Assembly (NCBI GenBank): GCA_964016885.1
Contig: OZ024741.1
Coordinates: 373,054,001 to 373,118,000 of the forward strand
Origin: Eledone cirrhosa
Lineage: Eukaryota
Length of the DNA: 64,000 nt
Direction: 5' to 3'
Shown here: one piece after another, positions 38,147-53,339 of the stretch
Numbering within the stretch: the stretch's first letter is position 1
How the letters are laid out: every line of letters starts with the position of its first letter
The notes under the pieces: generated by a model
Seen by the model: the letters and a program-made list of their open reading frames with translations, nothing else
The model's database searches: none
Told to the model about the DNA's origin: nothing
Made by a program: the position numbers and the translations under genes

Positions 38147-39009
38147 TAGAAAAATAAACAAGTGCTTTTGTTAATAAACATTGAAAAATACAGAGAAAAT
38201 GTTAACACTTAAAATAAAAGGGAATATAAAAGTATATGTTAATATTGCTTGATTGATTGATTGGTGAATGGGTGGACTGACTGATAGAAAGATAAAGTTA
38301 AATAAGTGGAACAATGTCTGAAAGATAGAAATATAGTTAAATAAACAACTACTTTTCTTAATAAACATTGCAAAATAGAGAGAAAATATTATTTCCTTGC
38401 TTAAATAGTTGCAGTCAATAGTTGGAAATTTGCATAAGAAACAAGAAATATCATATTACAAACACCATCATCCACATCATCACCCCATCCATATCATCAT
38501 CATCATCCATCTGTTTTTCTATGCTGGTACATGTTGGGTGGGTTGACACAGATCAAATCAGTACTTAATCAGAACTAATGTTGTTCTAGACAGGTTGGGG
38601 CCTCAATCCATACACATGCTATTTCTGGCATTATTTCAATAGCTGGATACCCAACCAATCTTTACTACCATATAATGTTATTCTGAAAGAAAATGTTCTG
38701 CTTAAGACACACAACATCCAGATGGTAATAAATCAATAGACATTTCCATGTGAATGTATGTATACATCTGAATAGATATAAACATGCACACATATACACA
38801 AACACATACATACAGGCACATATACACATACATTGTTGGGTTGTGAATCTAACACCAGAAAGGACAGGAGTAGTGATGTCATATTTGCAGAAAGGGTCAA
38901 ACAATATGCCCCTTTCTCTCTCTTTTGGCGATTTTGAAGTGAGAGGTTGTATTTCTAGGGTTTCATGAAGAACTCTAATTTTGGGTCAGAGTTTGTTTAT
39001 GTTTGTGTA

Positions 39010-39196
39010 TGTTGGTTTCCCAAACTCTTTTAAACACGGAAACCTTTTTGGTTCAGAAACTTTTGGGGGGAACCCCAAAGTATAATACTGTTATATGGTC
39101 GTAATATAAATATATTCCTCTAACTTTTTTCATGGAACCCCAGACACTCATTTGCAGAACCCTTGTGTTCTGTGGAACCCACTTTGGGAACCAATG
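39010..39196. mobile_element. Decayed hAT/Charlie-type MITE
   Basis: TGGTTTCCCAAAC ... ACTTTGGGAACCAATG ends with repeated GGAACCC subterminal motifs. Confidence 0.65.
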
Positions 39197-40878
39197 CAAT
39201 ACATACCTTCTCTGTTCAGATCCCACTAAGGTCAACTTTGCCTATAATCCTCCCTGAGTCAATGAAATGAAATACTAGTACTGGGCAGTTGATTGGTAGA
39301 ATCAATATAGTATTGGATAAAATGCTTTTATATGTTTTGGCTCTTTACATTGTGATTGACCGCGTAGCTGTGGTGAACTTAAGTGGGATTTATTTAGTTA
39401 TTGAACCTCAGTTTCAATGATGTGTGTTTCAGTTATTTGATCAATGGAACAGCCTCCTCTTGAAATTAATGTGTAAGTGGTTGAGCAATACACAGACAGG
39501 TGTATTGATAATGTAATTCTCAGGGAGATTCAGCATGACACAGTGTGTGACAAGGCTATAATAGTCAACCCAAGGCTATAGTAAATAACATTTGCCCAAG
39601 ATGTTCAGTGTCTTGTAAAATATACTCAAATGAAGGTAATGGAAAACCACTTTCATATTCACCCATGAAATTTTTGTGACAAATACAGTGGGAACTACAG
39701 TCCACATAATTCCAAGATCAACTCTAAATTAGGAATGAATTTGTTAATGATACTGTACAAGCTTTCAGAGGCTTGTACAGTCACATCAGAAAATCTAAGT
39801 TGTCATTATGAAAAACAATTTGGCTTATATTCTTCCCTACTATTACATCGTCTTACACCTTTTAATACCAAATTAGCCCAGGTTTCTAATACAAAACAGC
39901 TCTTTTTAAAATATTTATTTTAAAATGATACTCTTAATTAAATCGTTCAAAACAATTTAGTTGGTTTGAGAGGGTGAAGAATGTGTGTGTGAACTTATCT
40001 TGTACATCGCATTTCTTTATTTCCTTCTTCCAATCACATCTGTGCACCAACCGACTTCTCCTTGTCTACCACCTCTCTCAATTTGTTATGTTTCATTATG
40101 TCCTCTGAGGCATTTTTGCCCATCACTGTCATTGATTGCATTTGGCTGTTTCAACAGCTGTTCTAGTAATGAGTTTTCTAATTTTTCTATTTATTCTTAT
40201 ATTACATCCTTTAGTTTATTAGGTGGAGTAATAAGTCATAAGCATCTTTTTTAATTTAAAAATGTGCAGACCAAAACACTTAAGCAAAAAAATGCTCATT
40301 ATTACTCAGCCTAATATTTTACAAAGCTGTTTATACAAAAGCAAAATACACTATTAAAAGAAACAAAAAATAAAGTAAAAAAGGAAATGAAAAGAAGAAA
40401 AAGAAAAAGAATCAAGCAATGTAAGAAAGGGAAACAGAAAGGAGGAGGGACAAACATTACACTCCGGTTTAAGCTGTGCCTCAGTTGTGCCCCAATAATG
40501 TTATTTTAGAAATTTTTGGTTAAGTAATGCTCTAAACATCAGCTTACTAAGTTAAATTTAGTTCTTTTATTTAATTCCTCCAATTAGATTATTTTCAAAA
40601 TAAATTGAAACACAGATGCAGTGTATTTCATTAGATATATGCCAATGAATGAGTTAATGAAATAAACAATACAACAGATTTTGCTATATTCACACATAGC
40701 AATGAGGGAATATCTTTCTCTACACCTCTTCACTTTTCATTATTGCAATTATAGTTGGCAAGTTAACCATTAAAATCAACAACAATAATAATAAAAATAA
40801 TTGATATTAAAAAAATGAAAATAAAAATAAGCCTAAGGAATTCACTAGGGAATATCTGTTGATGTGATGATGCAAGAA

Positions 40879-41002
<124 letters not shown>

Positions 41003-41169
41003 TCATTAAAAAAACAGAAGGCTGGACTGGAAACTTTCTTTAAAATTTTAATTCTGTGAAAACACTATGCATATTTCCCAGTTTTATCATCCAATCAAAA
41101 TGCAAGACTTAGGTGATTTCATCAGGTGTTGATTGCAGAATTAGTTATGTAAGATAAGTTAAATCAAAG

Positions 41170-41380
41170 CACTCAACATTATGCAAATCATCCATTGTAG
41201 ATGTGGTATCCAGTGGTTGGTGCAGGAACATTAGTTGTATAAGGTAACAGGATTACAACAAACACATACAGAGAATAGAATAGATTTGGTTTGAAGATGG
41301 CCTGCCAATTCAGTGTTATTGTAATGGCAAACCATTTGGGATACCACATATACAATGGATGATTTGCATAACGTTGAGTG
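41170..41380. repeat. MITE-like inverted repeat, 42-bp arms
   Basis: CACTCAACATTATGCAAATCATCCATTGTAGATGTGGTATCC versus its reverse complement at 41339-41380 (2 mismatches). No TSD seen. Confidence 0.8.
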
Positions 41381-43127
41381 ATTTACTTTATTGCATTATT
41401 GTTTTCTTAACTGGAATCACCAGTTCTACCCATTGGTAAACATAACGTAACTGGTATATATATATATATATTTAGAGAGAGAGAGAGAGGTCCCTATCAG
41501 TCAATAATGACCATGGTTTTGCACCTAGAAAGTTTCTCTTCAAGGCACAAGCCTGGGCAAGGTTTGTTTGTGGAAGACCAGCTGTTGCCCAAGCATACCA
41601 GTTTTCCTTTTCCACGCCACCAATGATGTCCAAGGGAAAGGCAAGGGCTAATACAGCTTGGCACCAGTGATGTTGCAACTCAATCCTACAGCTGAGTGAA
41701 TTGAGTGAACTGGAACAATGTGAAATAAAGTGTCTTGCTCAAGGACAAAATACATTACTCAGTCCAAGAATCGAACTCATAACTTCTCAATTGCAAACCA
41801 AATGCTCTAACATCCTTAAAGAGTTAGTGTTGGTTCCACAATAAAATGTTCCCACTAAATGCTGTAAAGTGGTTGGTATCAGTAATGGCATCCAGCCATT
41901 GAAACCAAGCCAAAATGGAACTTATGAGCAAGAATTTGTCACTTGGCCAGTCAAGCCTCAGAACCTGTCAACCTATGTAGACTCTTCAGTGCCATGAATG
42001 AGAGAACTCGTCCTAACATGTTTGAACTCCTTTCCAACAGTTAAAGTTATGAACTCATTTCCAACAGTTCCTAATTTCAAAGTTATGAACTTGTTTCCAA
42101 CAGTTCATAATTTCAAAGCTAGATAGGGGTTACTAGTTTATTGATATGACGTTTGTCAATCAAAATATTCATTTTACTAAAAAAAACCTGGCACAGCAAC
42201 TGTAGCTGTGTAAAATATATCTGACAGCAAGCATAGAAAATAGACGTTAAACAATGGTAAGGATGATGATGAGAGAGTAAAAGAGAGAGAGAGAAAAGAG
42301 GAGATAAGATGAGTTTTTGCTAATATGGATTTTTAAAATCATTAGACCTGCTATTTGTCTATCTACTTAACTAGATTTATTCTCTGATTATTTTCAGGTG
42401 GTGTATTTCTATATATAAACGTATCTTTAGGTTTGAACTTTGAACCATCATTTCTAACCCTGTTTTATAAGTAAACAGCAGTAATAGAACTAACAAAGTT
42501 AATATATCAATGTCTGACATTTTGAATAATGCTTTTCTTCTGAATTTCCTCTTATCTTTGTTCATTTAAAAGTTGCTAAGAAATATTAACTTTTTTTTCC
42601 TTTCCCTACTTTGCTAGATAGTCTGAGTAACACATTCTGTAAGTCCTGCATTCTGTAAGTCATAACTCTATTCTATAGACATCAAACTCTGTCAATTTTG
42701 TAGTAGACTGGGCTTCTGAAAGCTTTTTTGTTTGGGGGAGATGGGCTGTGAGGTGAATGTTTCATTATTTTGCAGACTAAGGTAAGTAAACAATTTTTGT
42801 CACTTTTTTCTTTTCTTAGAATCAATGGTTCATGTAAACTATACTGCATATTTACTGCTTAAAATCTTGCACGTGGGCAAGCTTTCATTTAAGATCACTG
42901 AGAAAATGAGACATTTTTTAATACAGAATTTTATTGTTTGTTAACCAGAGATTGATAAGGAAAACAAAGAATTATTGTATATAATGCCACATATTCAATG
43001 AAGTGTGCAGGTCAAATAAAATGAAGCTGCAAGCTGAATTTGCCTGGTGAGCCATAGTTTCCTGACTTTTGATGTAAACAATAGACTGTCAATTCTCATG
43101 TTGATAACATCCAATACACATTCTTAA

Positions 43128-43381
43128 CCCTTTCATTTACCATATTTCTCACAAAAAACACTGCTTGTGATTTTCTATTAACTTTGAAAATAATCAAGAA
43201 TTTGGAGGGATTTAGCAATATAATTAACCTTTTCATTTAAAGTTGGTGTTTGACACACAACTTAATACAGGTTCTTATATAGATTTATGTTGGAAAATTT
43301 TTAGATAAATTTAAACACTTTAGATAAACAGTTTTATATTGTAAAACTTGAGGCAGTTCAGGTGGTTTGGTATCAAAAGGG
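43128..43381. mobile_element. piggyBac-like MITE
   Basis: TTAA|CCCTTT ... AAAAGGG|TTAA. A related inverted copy follows at about 43412-43592. Confidence 0.7.
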
Positions 43382-43659
43382 TTAATAAATTTTAGGAGTT
43401 TGGGTATTTCACCCTTTTGATACCAATTGACCCAAAACTGTCCCAACTCTATGATGAAAAACCTCTTTTAATAATATTATGAAAAAATATTTTTAAGCCA
43501 CAAATTCCTTCAAATTATTATTTACAAAATTAATTGAAAACCACAGGTGGTGGTGGTGCATTCCATTAGAAATATGGTATCAAAAATGTTAGATGAAATA
43601 CATCATGACAGCAGAGAATATGAATTCATAATCTAGGATTAGGAGACAAATTTGTTAGT

Positions 43660-43950
43660 CCCTTAGTCACTTTAATACTATTAGTTATGGTCCTAACTAA
43701 ACTCATTAATCCCTTAGTCACCTCAACACTATTAGTTCTAGTTTTAACTGGACTCATTAATCCCTTACTCACCTCAACACTATTAGTTCTGGTCTCAACT
43801 AGACTCATTAATCCCTTAGTCATCTCAACACTATTAGTTCTAGTTTAAACTGGACTCATTAGTTAGCCATTTCTTCACTCTTAGTTCTGGTCTAGACTGG
43901 ACTCATTAGTCACTCAGCCATTTCTATGATAGTAATTCTGGTCTGGACTT
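43660..43950. repeat. 51-bp minisatellite, about 4 good plus 1-2 decayed units
   Basis: Unit CCCTTAGTCACCTCAACACTATTAGTTCTAGTTTTAACTGGACTCATTAAT, which produces the 17-aa periodic ORF 43626-43823. Confidence 0.92.
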
Positions 43951-43959
43951 ATTCCTATC

Positions 43960-44440
43960 GTCTGGATAGTTCAAATAAGATCAACTGTTAGAAATTCAAC
44001 ATTACTGTGGAGTTTCTCTAAATATGTGGAAGTAGGTATTTTTTTTCCTTAATAGCAATGACCTCTGTTATGATTGGTTTATCCCCTTCCTTAGATGTCC
44101 CATATATATGGCACCCTTCATTGGCTATGTACATTTGCATGGTTTCGGCTTGGTACCTCTAGCTTGAAGTTAATATAGTCTTTATGCAAACTTAAGGAGT
44201 TTTCATTTTAGTTCCTTTTCACTAGAATACCATTGACTCTTACCAAACTTTCTTAATGTCCCAGAATAACTTACACTAAGTTTCTCTGAAATGAAACACA
44301 AGTACAGATGGCACGCTCTAGCAAGCTCTTTGTGGTTGCAAAATGTTGGCATTGCTTGAAATTTATATCATGATATCTTTGATAATAGTTGTGTAGCTCT
44401 TTCAAGATTTCAATTTTGATGCTCACTTGAGCAAGTAAAC
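43960..44440 (-). mobile_element. Possible highly decayed PLE (Neptune-like RT-EN linker)
   Basis: Minus-strand remnants VSFQRNL...SLVR and RGTKPKPCKC in the expected order, with many stops. Confidence 0.3.
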
Positions 44441-44700
44441 TACTTAATTTTTTTCTCATATATAGATAAGTGTGATATATAGATGTGTGTGTATATATAT
44501 AGATATTGTGCATATATAGCTGTTGTGCTGAATGTATATAATTGTGATAGTGTGAATATGTATATAGATATTGTACTAAATGCATATATTTGTGATATTG
44601 TGTATATATAGATATTATAGTGATAGTGTGTATACATAGCTATTGTGCTAAATGTATATAATTGTGATATTGTATATATATAGATATTGTGCTGAATGTA

Positions 44701-44905
44701 CAGGGTGTATCAAAAAGAATCATCCTCTTCAAGTAGACTGATAGGCATGTAAAAATTATAAATAACTTTATGAAAATTTACGAAACATATAAAAAAGAAT
44801 AAGATTTTATATTCAGACATATATTGTGCAAGTTACTGCATGATTATATAGTCATTTGTGCAAAAGTATAGCCTTTTGAAATTGGATGATTCTTTTTGAT
44901 ACACG
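44701..44905. mobile_element. Tc1/mariner MITE
   Basis: TA|CAGGGTGTATCAAAAAGAATCATCC ... GGATGATTCTTTTTGATACACG|TA. Confidence 0.85.
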
Positions 44906-45187
44906 TATATAATTGTGATACTGTGCATAGCTATTGCATTGAATGCTGTTCAAATTACCACCAAATCATGACTATAACCAAGTTCCTTTGGTAATCAGCT
45001 AATATGGAAAGTATTATGTAAATCAACATCTCCTACCATTTCAATCTTAATGTCCTGTACCACATGAAACTATATTAGCAAGAGATTCTTGAAAAATACA
45101 AAACAGCGCTACAACTGTATTACATTAAAAATGAAAGTATTTACTTTAGTTTGCTGCAACGTTTCACAATACTCTGTCCACTAGTAA

Positions 45188-46406
45188 TCTCTCTCTATAT
45201 AAAATTCTTTGTCTCTCTGTCTGTTTCCTTATGTATTCACAAATGGCTCGACCAAATCAAATCAAATTTTACAATGTATTAGACCCCAGGATTGCAACAT
45301 GTAATTTCTATTTTCATTTGGATTAAAACAATATAACATTTTATCTAAAATAATCTTTCTATAGTCAACTATACTATGACGACGACGTCACATTTTGTAT
45401 ATGAGTGTGTATGTGTTTGTGAGTGTGTGTGTGTTTATGTGTTTGTTACATACATTAGTCCTTAGTAAGTTACATACCCATACATCTTCACGTAAATATT
45501 TAATCAGATATGCAGAGAATTAAACACACACACACACACACACACACACATCTTTATGTGATGACTGACAAATATATGTGTGTGAGTGTACGTGAGAGTG
45601 TATGTGTGTGTGAGTGTATGTGAGAGTGTATGTGTGTGTGAGTATACATACATTTTTATAACAACTGACATAACAAAGGCTGGGGGGTGAAAGTGTGTGT
45701 TTTTGTATGAATGTATGTCTGTGTGTGTGTTTTTATAAGTTTGTGTGAGTGTATGTGTGTCTGTTTGTGGGTGAAACTCTGTAATAAATAAGTATCACCA
45801 TCCAAAAGAAATGTATATTAATTATTATTTTTGTATGCAGTGTAAATTAACCAAATATAAGCAAATATTAATACATTTGCTTATATTTGGTTAATTTACA
45901 CGGCATACAAAAATAATAATTAATATATATTTCTTTTGGATGTTGATACTTATTTCTTTACAATATTGAAAAAAAATGTCTTTATTCTAAAAATTCCTCT
46001 CATACCTACAGCTGTTCCATTTGAATTTAAAAGGCTTCAGTTTGCAGTCAAACTGAGTTTTGTTATTTCAATTAACAAATATCAGGGTCACTCCGTCAAG
46101 GTAGTTGGACTTGATCTCTCTACTACATGTTTCTCCCACAGTCAACTCTATGCTGGTTGGAAGCAGCAACAATTTATTCATTTGGAGACCAACAAAAAAT
46201 TACACAATGAATATTGTTTACTCTGAGGTGCTTCAAGATTGACAGATTTTCATTTCTAAATTCTTTTATCATTACAATTTTGATATTTTAAAAATAAAAT
46301 ATAGATATTTTAAAATAATTATGAGGAAAAAAAAATCTTCATATTTATTGTTTACTAATCTGAATAAGAACAGCAGTACCCTGGCAATGCTGGGTCATTC
46401 AACTAG
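45188..46406 (+). mobile_element. Non-autonomous Helitron with PIF1-helicase C-terminal fragment
   Basis: A|TC 5' end with CTGTCTGT motif. FEFKRLQFAVKLSFVISINKYQG...VGLDL...CFSHSQLY at about 45975-46160. 3' hairpin CCCTGGCAATGCTGGG then CTAG|T. Confidence 0.88.
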
Positions 46407-48409
46407 TTATATATAATTATATAAATCACTGTATGAATAGCAAACATATAGATGAGAAACTTTATTAAAATGAAGATTTGAACAAATAAACCACAAGAAA
46501 CCACATTAGCCAGACAATTTGAAAAGTACAAAATAGCATTATGACTACAACATATTAAATATTAAAGTATTTACTCTAATACAACAAATTTTCAAAAAGA
46601 TCAGTCCACTAGTAAAATTACTATAAACATTTGAATTAACAAACTAATATTTAGATATTTTCTGCTAAATCATTACAGGAGGTTAAAAGTTAAGAAGTTA
46701 TAAAAGATGAACCTATCTGTAAAAAGAGGCTACATTTTAAGATAATTTCTCTCCAGTAACAGCAGCCAAGAAAATGTTATTTGTTGCCCACAGAGTAAAG
46801 ATATAATAAAATAAGATTCAATAAAAGAGAATACACATTGAGTAGTTTAGATTCCATAATATAAATATCTTCACTTTTACAGAACGCTAGACCATTATAA
46901 TTACTCTTACTGAGAATGTTAAAGCATTTGACTGAGTTTCATAGAAGAGTTCATACTTCCGGAGTTTATTAAATCATTTGATATCAACCCACATGAAACC
47001 ACACCCAATTGTATCATACAAAACTTCTCTTCTCCATCGCCTATTATTCCTGAGAGGGTCTTGGGAGGAGAATCCTCAAACACTCCTTCCAGTGAGTCCT
47101 GTTAGAAGCAACTGTTTCCAATTGATCCAACAGGATCCCAAATCGAGACCAGCTGAGCTCGTGGATGTTATCCAGCCATCTTGCTCAGGGGTCTATCCCT
47201 GTAAAATCTGTCCAGTGATTCTTTTTAAATTTAAACATGCTCTTGAAATTTTGTAAGAACCTTCTGTTAGAATCCAAACAACAGCTTCTTAATGGAGAAA
47301 TTAATGATTTTACTAAATCCCTTAAATTTTTAATATTATTTTAAAGAATAACTGAAATATATGGACAATGTATTTTGTTAGAAATGTGGTCATAAAAGAG
47401 TTAATCCTTTCAAAATAAAAGGCGCAAGGAAATATTTATAAGTGAATTGATAATTTCACTGTACGTAAAAGACAAAAGGTATCCATAGGGCTTTAATATC
47501 ATCATCATCATTTAACGTCCATTTTCTGGGTTAGATGGGTTGTCCCAGGTGACCATCTCTTGCTCATATAGGACTGTTTCTGGCTAGATTTCTACAGTTG
47601 GATGCCCTTCCTAATGCCAACCACATTTTCAGTGTGTGCTTTTTGTCATGACTCCTACACGACCACTTTACAGTGTGGGCTGGATGTTTTTGTGATACCA
47701 ACATAACTTTACAGTGTATGTCAATTGTTATTGCTGTTTAGCTCCAACTCAAATCTCATTGAGCAGATCTATGTTCAAAGACATTCCAGTTGGGAACATC
47801 CAACGTTTTAGAGGCATCTAATATTAAAATATCTAGTGTATCTTTTTGTTGTTTAAGATTTGAAAGAAATTTGGTTACTATTGTTACTATGGTTACTATA
47901 TCAAATGATGAATTATAGCTTTGCTTGTTAGCTCAGGCTTCTTCATTACATAAGACTTCCTCAGTAATTCGAAGTACCTGTAAGCATTTTGAAGCAGTTT
48001 TAAGATATTCAATAAGTGTACTGAGATATAAGAGAATTTTAATAAATTAAATAGACAACCTAATTACTGTCAATCTATATAATATTTGTCAATTTTGTCT
48101 CTTTCTAAGATGTGTTTTATTAGATAAAAAAGTGGAGATATCACAAAAAAAGTTCTGTAATTGAGTTTATATATTTTTTACCGAAAATTGTGGCTGTATC
48201 TGCCAGCTACATCTTTATAACTCCCTCTCTCTCTCTCTGTATTAACCTATCTATCTCTATCTTTCTATACTCAAGGTTGATGACAGTCATTCAATGGAAT
48301 ATCTTATGCAACATAAACAACTGTAACCAGTAGTTAAGCTATGAAAATGTAAATACACACATGCACCCATACACACAAAACAATGTGTACATATATACAT
48401 ATAATTATC

Positions 48410-48875
48410 ATCATCATCATCACCATTTAACATCCATTTTCTACGCTAGCATGGGTTAGATGAGTTGTCCCATTGTAAGACAAGCCAGGTCAGACAACCA
48501 TGTTTTGCTCATACAGAACTGTTTAAGGCTTCAATTATTCCCTATATATATAAAGCACCCAGTCCACATTATAAAGTGATTGTGTCAGTGTGTTACAACA
48601 AAAACCACCCAGCTCACACTGTAAAATGGTCGTTTTGGTGTCAGGACCAAAAGTGCCAAGTCCACACTGTAAAGTGATCATTTTAATGCCACAATAAAAA
48701 ACACCCAGTTCACACTATAAATGTGGTTGGCATTTGGAAGGATATCCAACTGTAGAAACCAAACCAGAAACAGTTCTGTATGAGCAAGACATGGTCATCT
48801 GACCTGACTTGTCTCACAATGGGACAAGTTGTCTAACCCATGGTAGCATGAAAAATGGGTGTTAAACGGAGATGA
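48410..48875. mobile_element. Two opposite-orientation CORE-SINE 3' parts forming about 100-bp inverted arms
   Basis: 48423-48525 is the reverse complement of 48768-48870. Several 40-bp modules lie between them. Confidence 0.75.
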
Positions 48876-49087
48876 TATATAGGATGGATATATATATATA
48901 TATATCATCATCATTTTACGTCCACTTTTCCCTGCTTGGGGTCCCTATCATCTCATTTCTACAGCTGAGTAAACTGGAGCAATGTGAAATAAAGTGTCTT
49001 GCTCAAGGAAACAACACATCACCCGGTCTGAGAATTGAACTCACAGCCTTTCGATTGCAAGGTCAATGCTCGAACCACTAAGCCATG

Positions 49088-49796
<709 letters not shown>

Positions 49797-50009
49797 AAAC
49801 AGCACGGACACTCTATTTTTGAAAAGCATTTAGAAATGCGCAACCGGTAAAAACTTAAAAACTTAAAACCACAACTGAATACTAACCCATACAATCACTA
49901 ATACTCTTTTATTCCTAATTAAACCATTTTTCAACTGTGAACAATTTGTCAGCATTTTCTATTCCGTTTACCAACATATAATAACTTGTGTGTTACACCT
50001 CTATTCTTT

Positions 50010-50066
<57 letters not shown>

Positions 50067-50911
50067 TGTAAATGTGGTTGGTGTTAGGAAGGGCATCCAG
50101 CTGTAGAAAACCTGCCAGATAGTCTTATATGAGCGAGACATGGTCACCCGACCAACCTTGCCTCAAGTGGAACAACTCCCGTCTGACCCATGCTAGCGTG
50201 GAAAAATGGACGTTAAATGAAGATGATGAGGATGATGATGATGATATATCAGCCCTGAAATAATTTACAATTAAACCAAACATTTCCAGTTTGGTAGAGA
50301 AACATGTTGAAACAGAACATTAATTATTCTATTTACAAAACAATTGGTTCTGTACTACTTGCCATTAATTGTAGAACAAATCTAACTGTGTAAACCATAT
50401 TTTAAAAGTTGTTGAAGACGAAAGACATTTTATATTATTGTGATCAAGCAGCTGAAATGGCGGTTTCCCTAAGAAGAAGAACAATGCTTGGGATTCGAAG
50501 ATCTATAAACACATTTATATAAAAGACAACCAGCATCCTTTCTAATGTAATAGAATTGTTGTAGAAATAAAAATTAATTTTACATTGATCAGCAAAAGAC
50601 ATTTCAAATACCTTTTATGACTACGGTGAATGCTGACATATAATGGAAATATTATTTGAGGTTCATACTTTCTCAAAAACCAGATTTGTATACAAAAGAT
50701 GCAAGTTGAAATGATTAGTTTAGCTGTAGCATAAACTAAATTGTTATATAAGGTAAAAAACAATGTTTTTAATGCCAATGTTATACAGACAAAAGAGATA
50801 TATGACATCATAAAAAAAAGAGAAAACAAAGATGTGTTGTTCTTTAGCAAAGAATCGTAATGGCAACAAATATTGAATGAGCTATAATTAGCCTACTGAT
50901 TACAAAGAAAC

Positions 50912-51097
50912 ATAATTGTTTCTACTTTTGGCACAAGGCCAGCAGTTATCCCAGTACATTACTGGTGCTTTATTTTATTGACCCCATAAGGATGAAAGGC
51001 AAAGTTAACCTCGGCGGGATTTGAACTCAAACCATAAAGGGCCGTAACTCTATGCTGCAAAGCTTGGCGTCCGACTCTCTACCGATACTGCCAATCC
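50912..51097 (-). mobile_element. Nin-domain SINE
   Basis: Reverse complement of the family sequence, flanked by a GAAACATAAT direct repeat (probable TSD). Confidence 0.88.
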
Positions 51098-51160
51098 AGA
51101 ATGAAACATAATAAAGGCATACTTGCAAAGAAGCAGCATTTTGGACATTTAATGTAACTA

Positions 51161-51328
51161 CTATATTTCCTGGCATCGGAGACGCTACTTTTTTCCTAAA
51201 ATAAGTCTCAAAAATCTATCATGCGTCCTGGAGGCTGAAGGTTGTTTATTATTATTTTTCAAATTTTTGGTTGTCAAAATTAGGGTGTGTTCTCAAGGAC
51301 GAAGCGTCTTCAGCGCAGGGAAATACAA
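51161..51328. mobile_element. pogo/Tigger-type MITE
   Basis: TA|CTATATTTCCTGGCATCGGAGACGC ... GCGTCTTCAGCGCAGGGAAATACAA|TA. Confidence 0.65.
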
Positions 51329-52639
51329 TATATAAAAACTTGCAGGTAGTGTATTGACAGTAATAAGAACGTTACATAGAATGCTTTGAAATAATCATTT
51401 TGGCTCTCGGCTCTCTGCGTTCAAATCCTGCCGAGGACAACTTTGCTTTTCAGCTATTTGAGGCTGATAAAATAGTACCAGTCTAGTACTGGCGTCCATT
51501 TTTATTCTATATCTCTTTCTCACTTCTTTTCTTTCACTCTCTCTAACCTTCTCTGGAAAAAATCTGGTGTATTCAGGCCTGGAGAGGATTGAGCTCGGCC
51601 AGGTTAAAAAAATGCCCTAGAAATGCCATATGTCAATACAGCGCCTAACCAACTGCTCCAGGAGTTACAGGACCATATCATACCATGCTATCATACATGA
51701 ATCGCCTAAGAATTATTTTCAGAGTATAGTTTGATATCATTATAGTATCTTTTTTATTCACATTTCTTAACAACAAGCTAGAAAGCTAATTATGGCCTAT
51801 TCTATATGGGAATTACACTGCTTAGTTGAAAGGTTCAATTTTATCTGGTTTATAGCTAAGATCTCAGCTTGTCAAAATTCCAAAAATCATATCAGTAGTT
51901 AATTTCTGAGGTAATTTAGATGTACATTTCAAAAACCTAATTACGCCTTTTTCTCTGCTTGTTTTGTTTTTGTTTGTTTTTTGCTACTGATAAGCTATTA
52001 CTACTTTTTATTTACATATATACATTATGTCTTACAACTCAAAGATTAAATCCTATTAAATTTCTGTGGATTGATAAAATAGTTATAAGTGGTGGATTAA
52101 ATGGTTTGATTTGATACAAAATATAAATTGTAGCCAAATTTATATCTACTGAGATATATACAAAGAGATTTAGAACCACACTCAAATAATAACTAGTTAT
52201 TTTGTGGCATGCCTTAAAGCTTAGGGTGCTGGGCTTATGATCATAGGGTTGAACAAGACACTTTATTTCATGTTACTGCAGTCAACTCAGCTGTACCTGT
52301 AAATTAAAGGGCCAGTCCTATCACCCACCATATCACACTGAATCCCATTAAGAACTACATTAAGCCTGCACAAGTCTATGGAAAGCTCATCCACTTTCCT
52401 GTTAATTTCATAAGCAGGCTGTTTCATAGATTAAATCAACTAGAGCATGTCTTCAGAAGTAATGAAGGTCCAACAAACATTTAGTAGCATAACACTATTA
52501 ACAAGATGTTTGTAACACTATCAACAAGATGTTTGTAAAGAGTAATGTTATTACAAATGTTCTGTAAAATTCGAAATCTCAATACCATATTGACTAACAT
52601 TGTAAGTCTCTTGGGAGCTATTATATAAGTCAAGGGATT

Positions 52640-52795
52640 ATTTCTCTATAATATTGACATTGCTGGTTTCCAGAGACATACAATGACAATATTATAGCAA
52701 AATAACTCCTCCACAGCCAGAGTAATTCTTCAATGAAGTTATTCACTGCTCGCTTTGTCAGTAAATGTTTGTATATTCCAGCATGATATTTTCAT
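52640..52795 (-). mobile_element. Old RTE/BovB-like APE endonuclease N-terminal fragment
   Basis: MKISCWNIQTFTDKASSE*LH*RITLAVEELFCYNIVIVCL resembles the MKIxxWNVRTLxD...RTALVAxELxRYNIDIAAL start of RTE endonucleases. Confidence 0.6.
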
Positions 52796-53339
52796 GTTGA
52801 TGAAAGAGAAATATTGTTTAGAAAGTTTACTATTTTTTAACTGCAGCTGCAGCTGTTTTCTTTTCTTTAGTTTTGTTGTTGCATTGTATGAATAATCTGC
52901 CAGCTGTGACAATCTGATTAGATTTTAAGGCTGAGTTTTATTATTTATTGAAGATAGTTTTCTTAATCCACCCTCTTTAATTGTGAGTGTGTAGTGTTAC
53001 CCTAAAATGTTTGCTTGGTCATCTCAAACTCCATTGAATCATGTCCATGCCCCAAGTAGTCAACTGAAGTGAAGGTGAAATATATTCTAGGCTACTTGTA
53101 TGCAAGGTTTTGATTGCATATTTTGAGTCTGTTAAACTTATGTAGATCACCAAAATTTTCATCACCAAATAATTATACTGTAGGTGCATATTGCATGCTA
53201 ATGACACATTAACAAAAGATAATTGCACATAACTTTGTTTATTGTGGATTGAGCTTTTAATGCATGCAATCCAAACTTTGACTAATGCAAAAATATTCTA
53301 ATGGCACAAAATGATGAAATAAACAGACTGAACTCAAAT

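Noticed and set aside
43660-43950. CRISPR-like or coding repeat
   Set aside because: Contiguous 51-bp units without unique spacers, in a eukaryotic intron context.
50300-50880. Alternative first PDE4 exon in unique sequence
   Set aside because: No minus-strand ATG-to-GT donor exon in phase 2 could be supported; needs transcript data.
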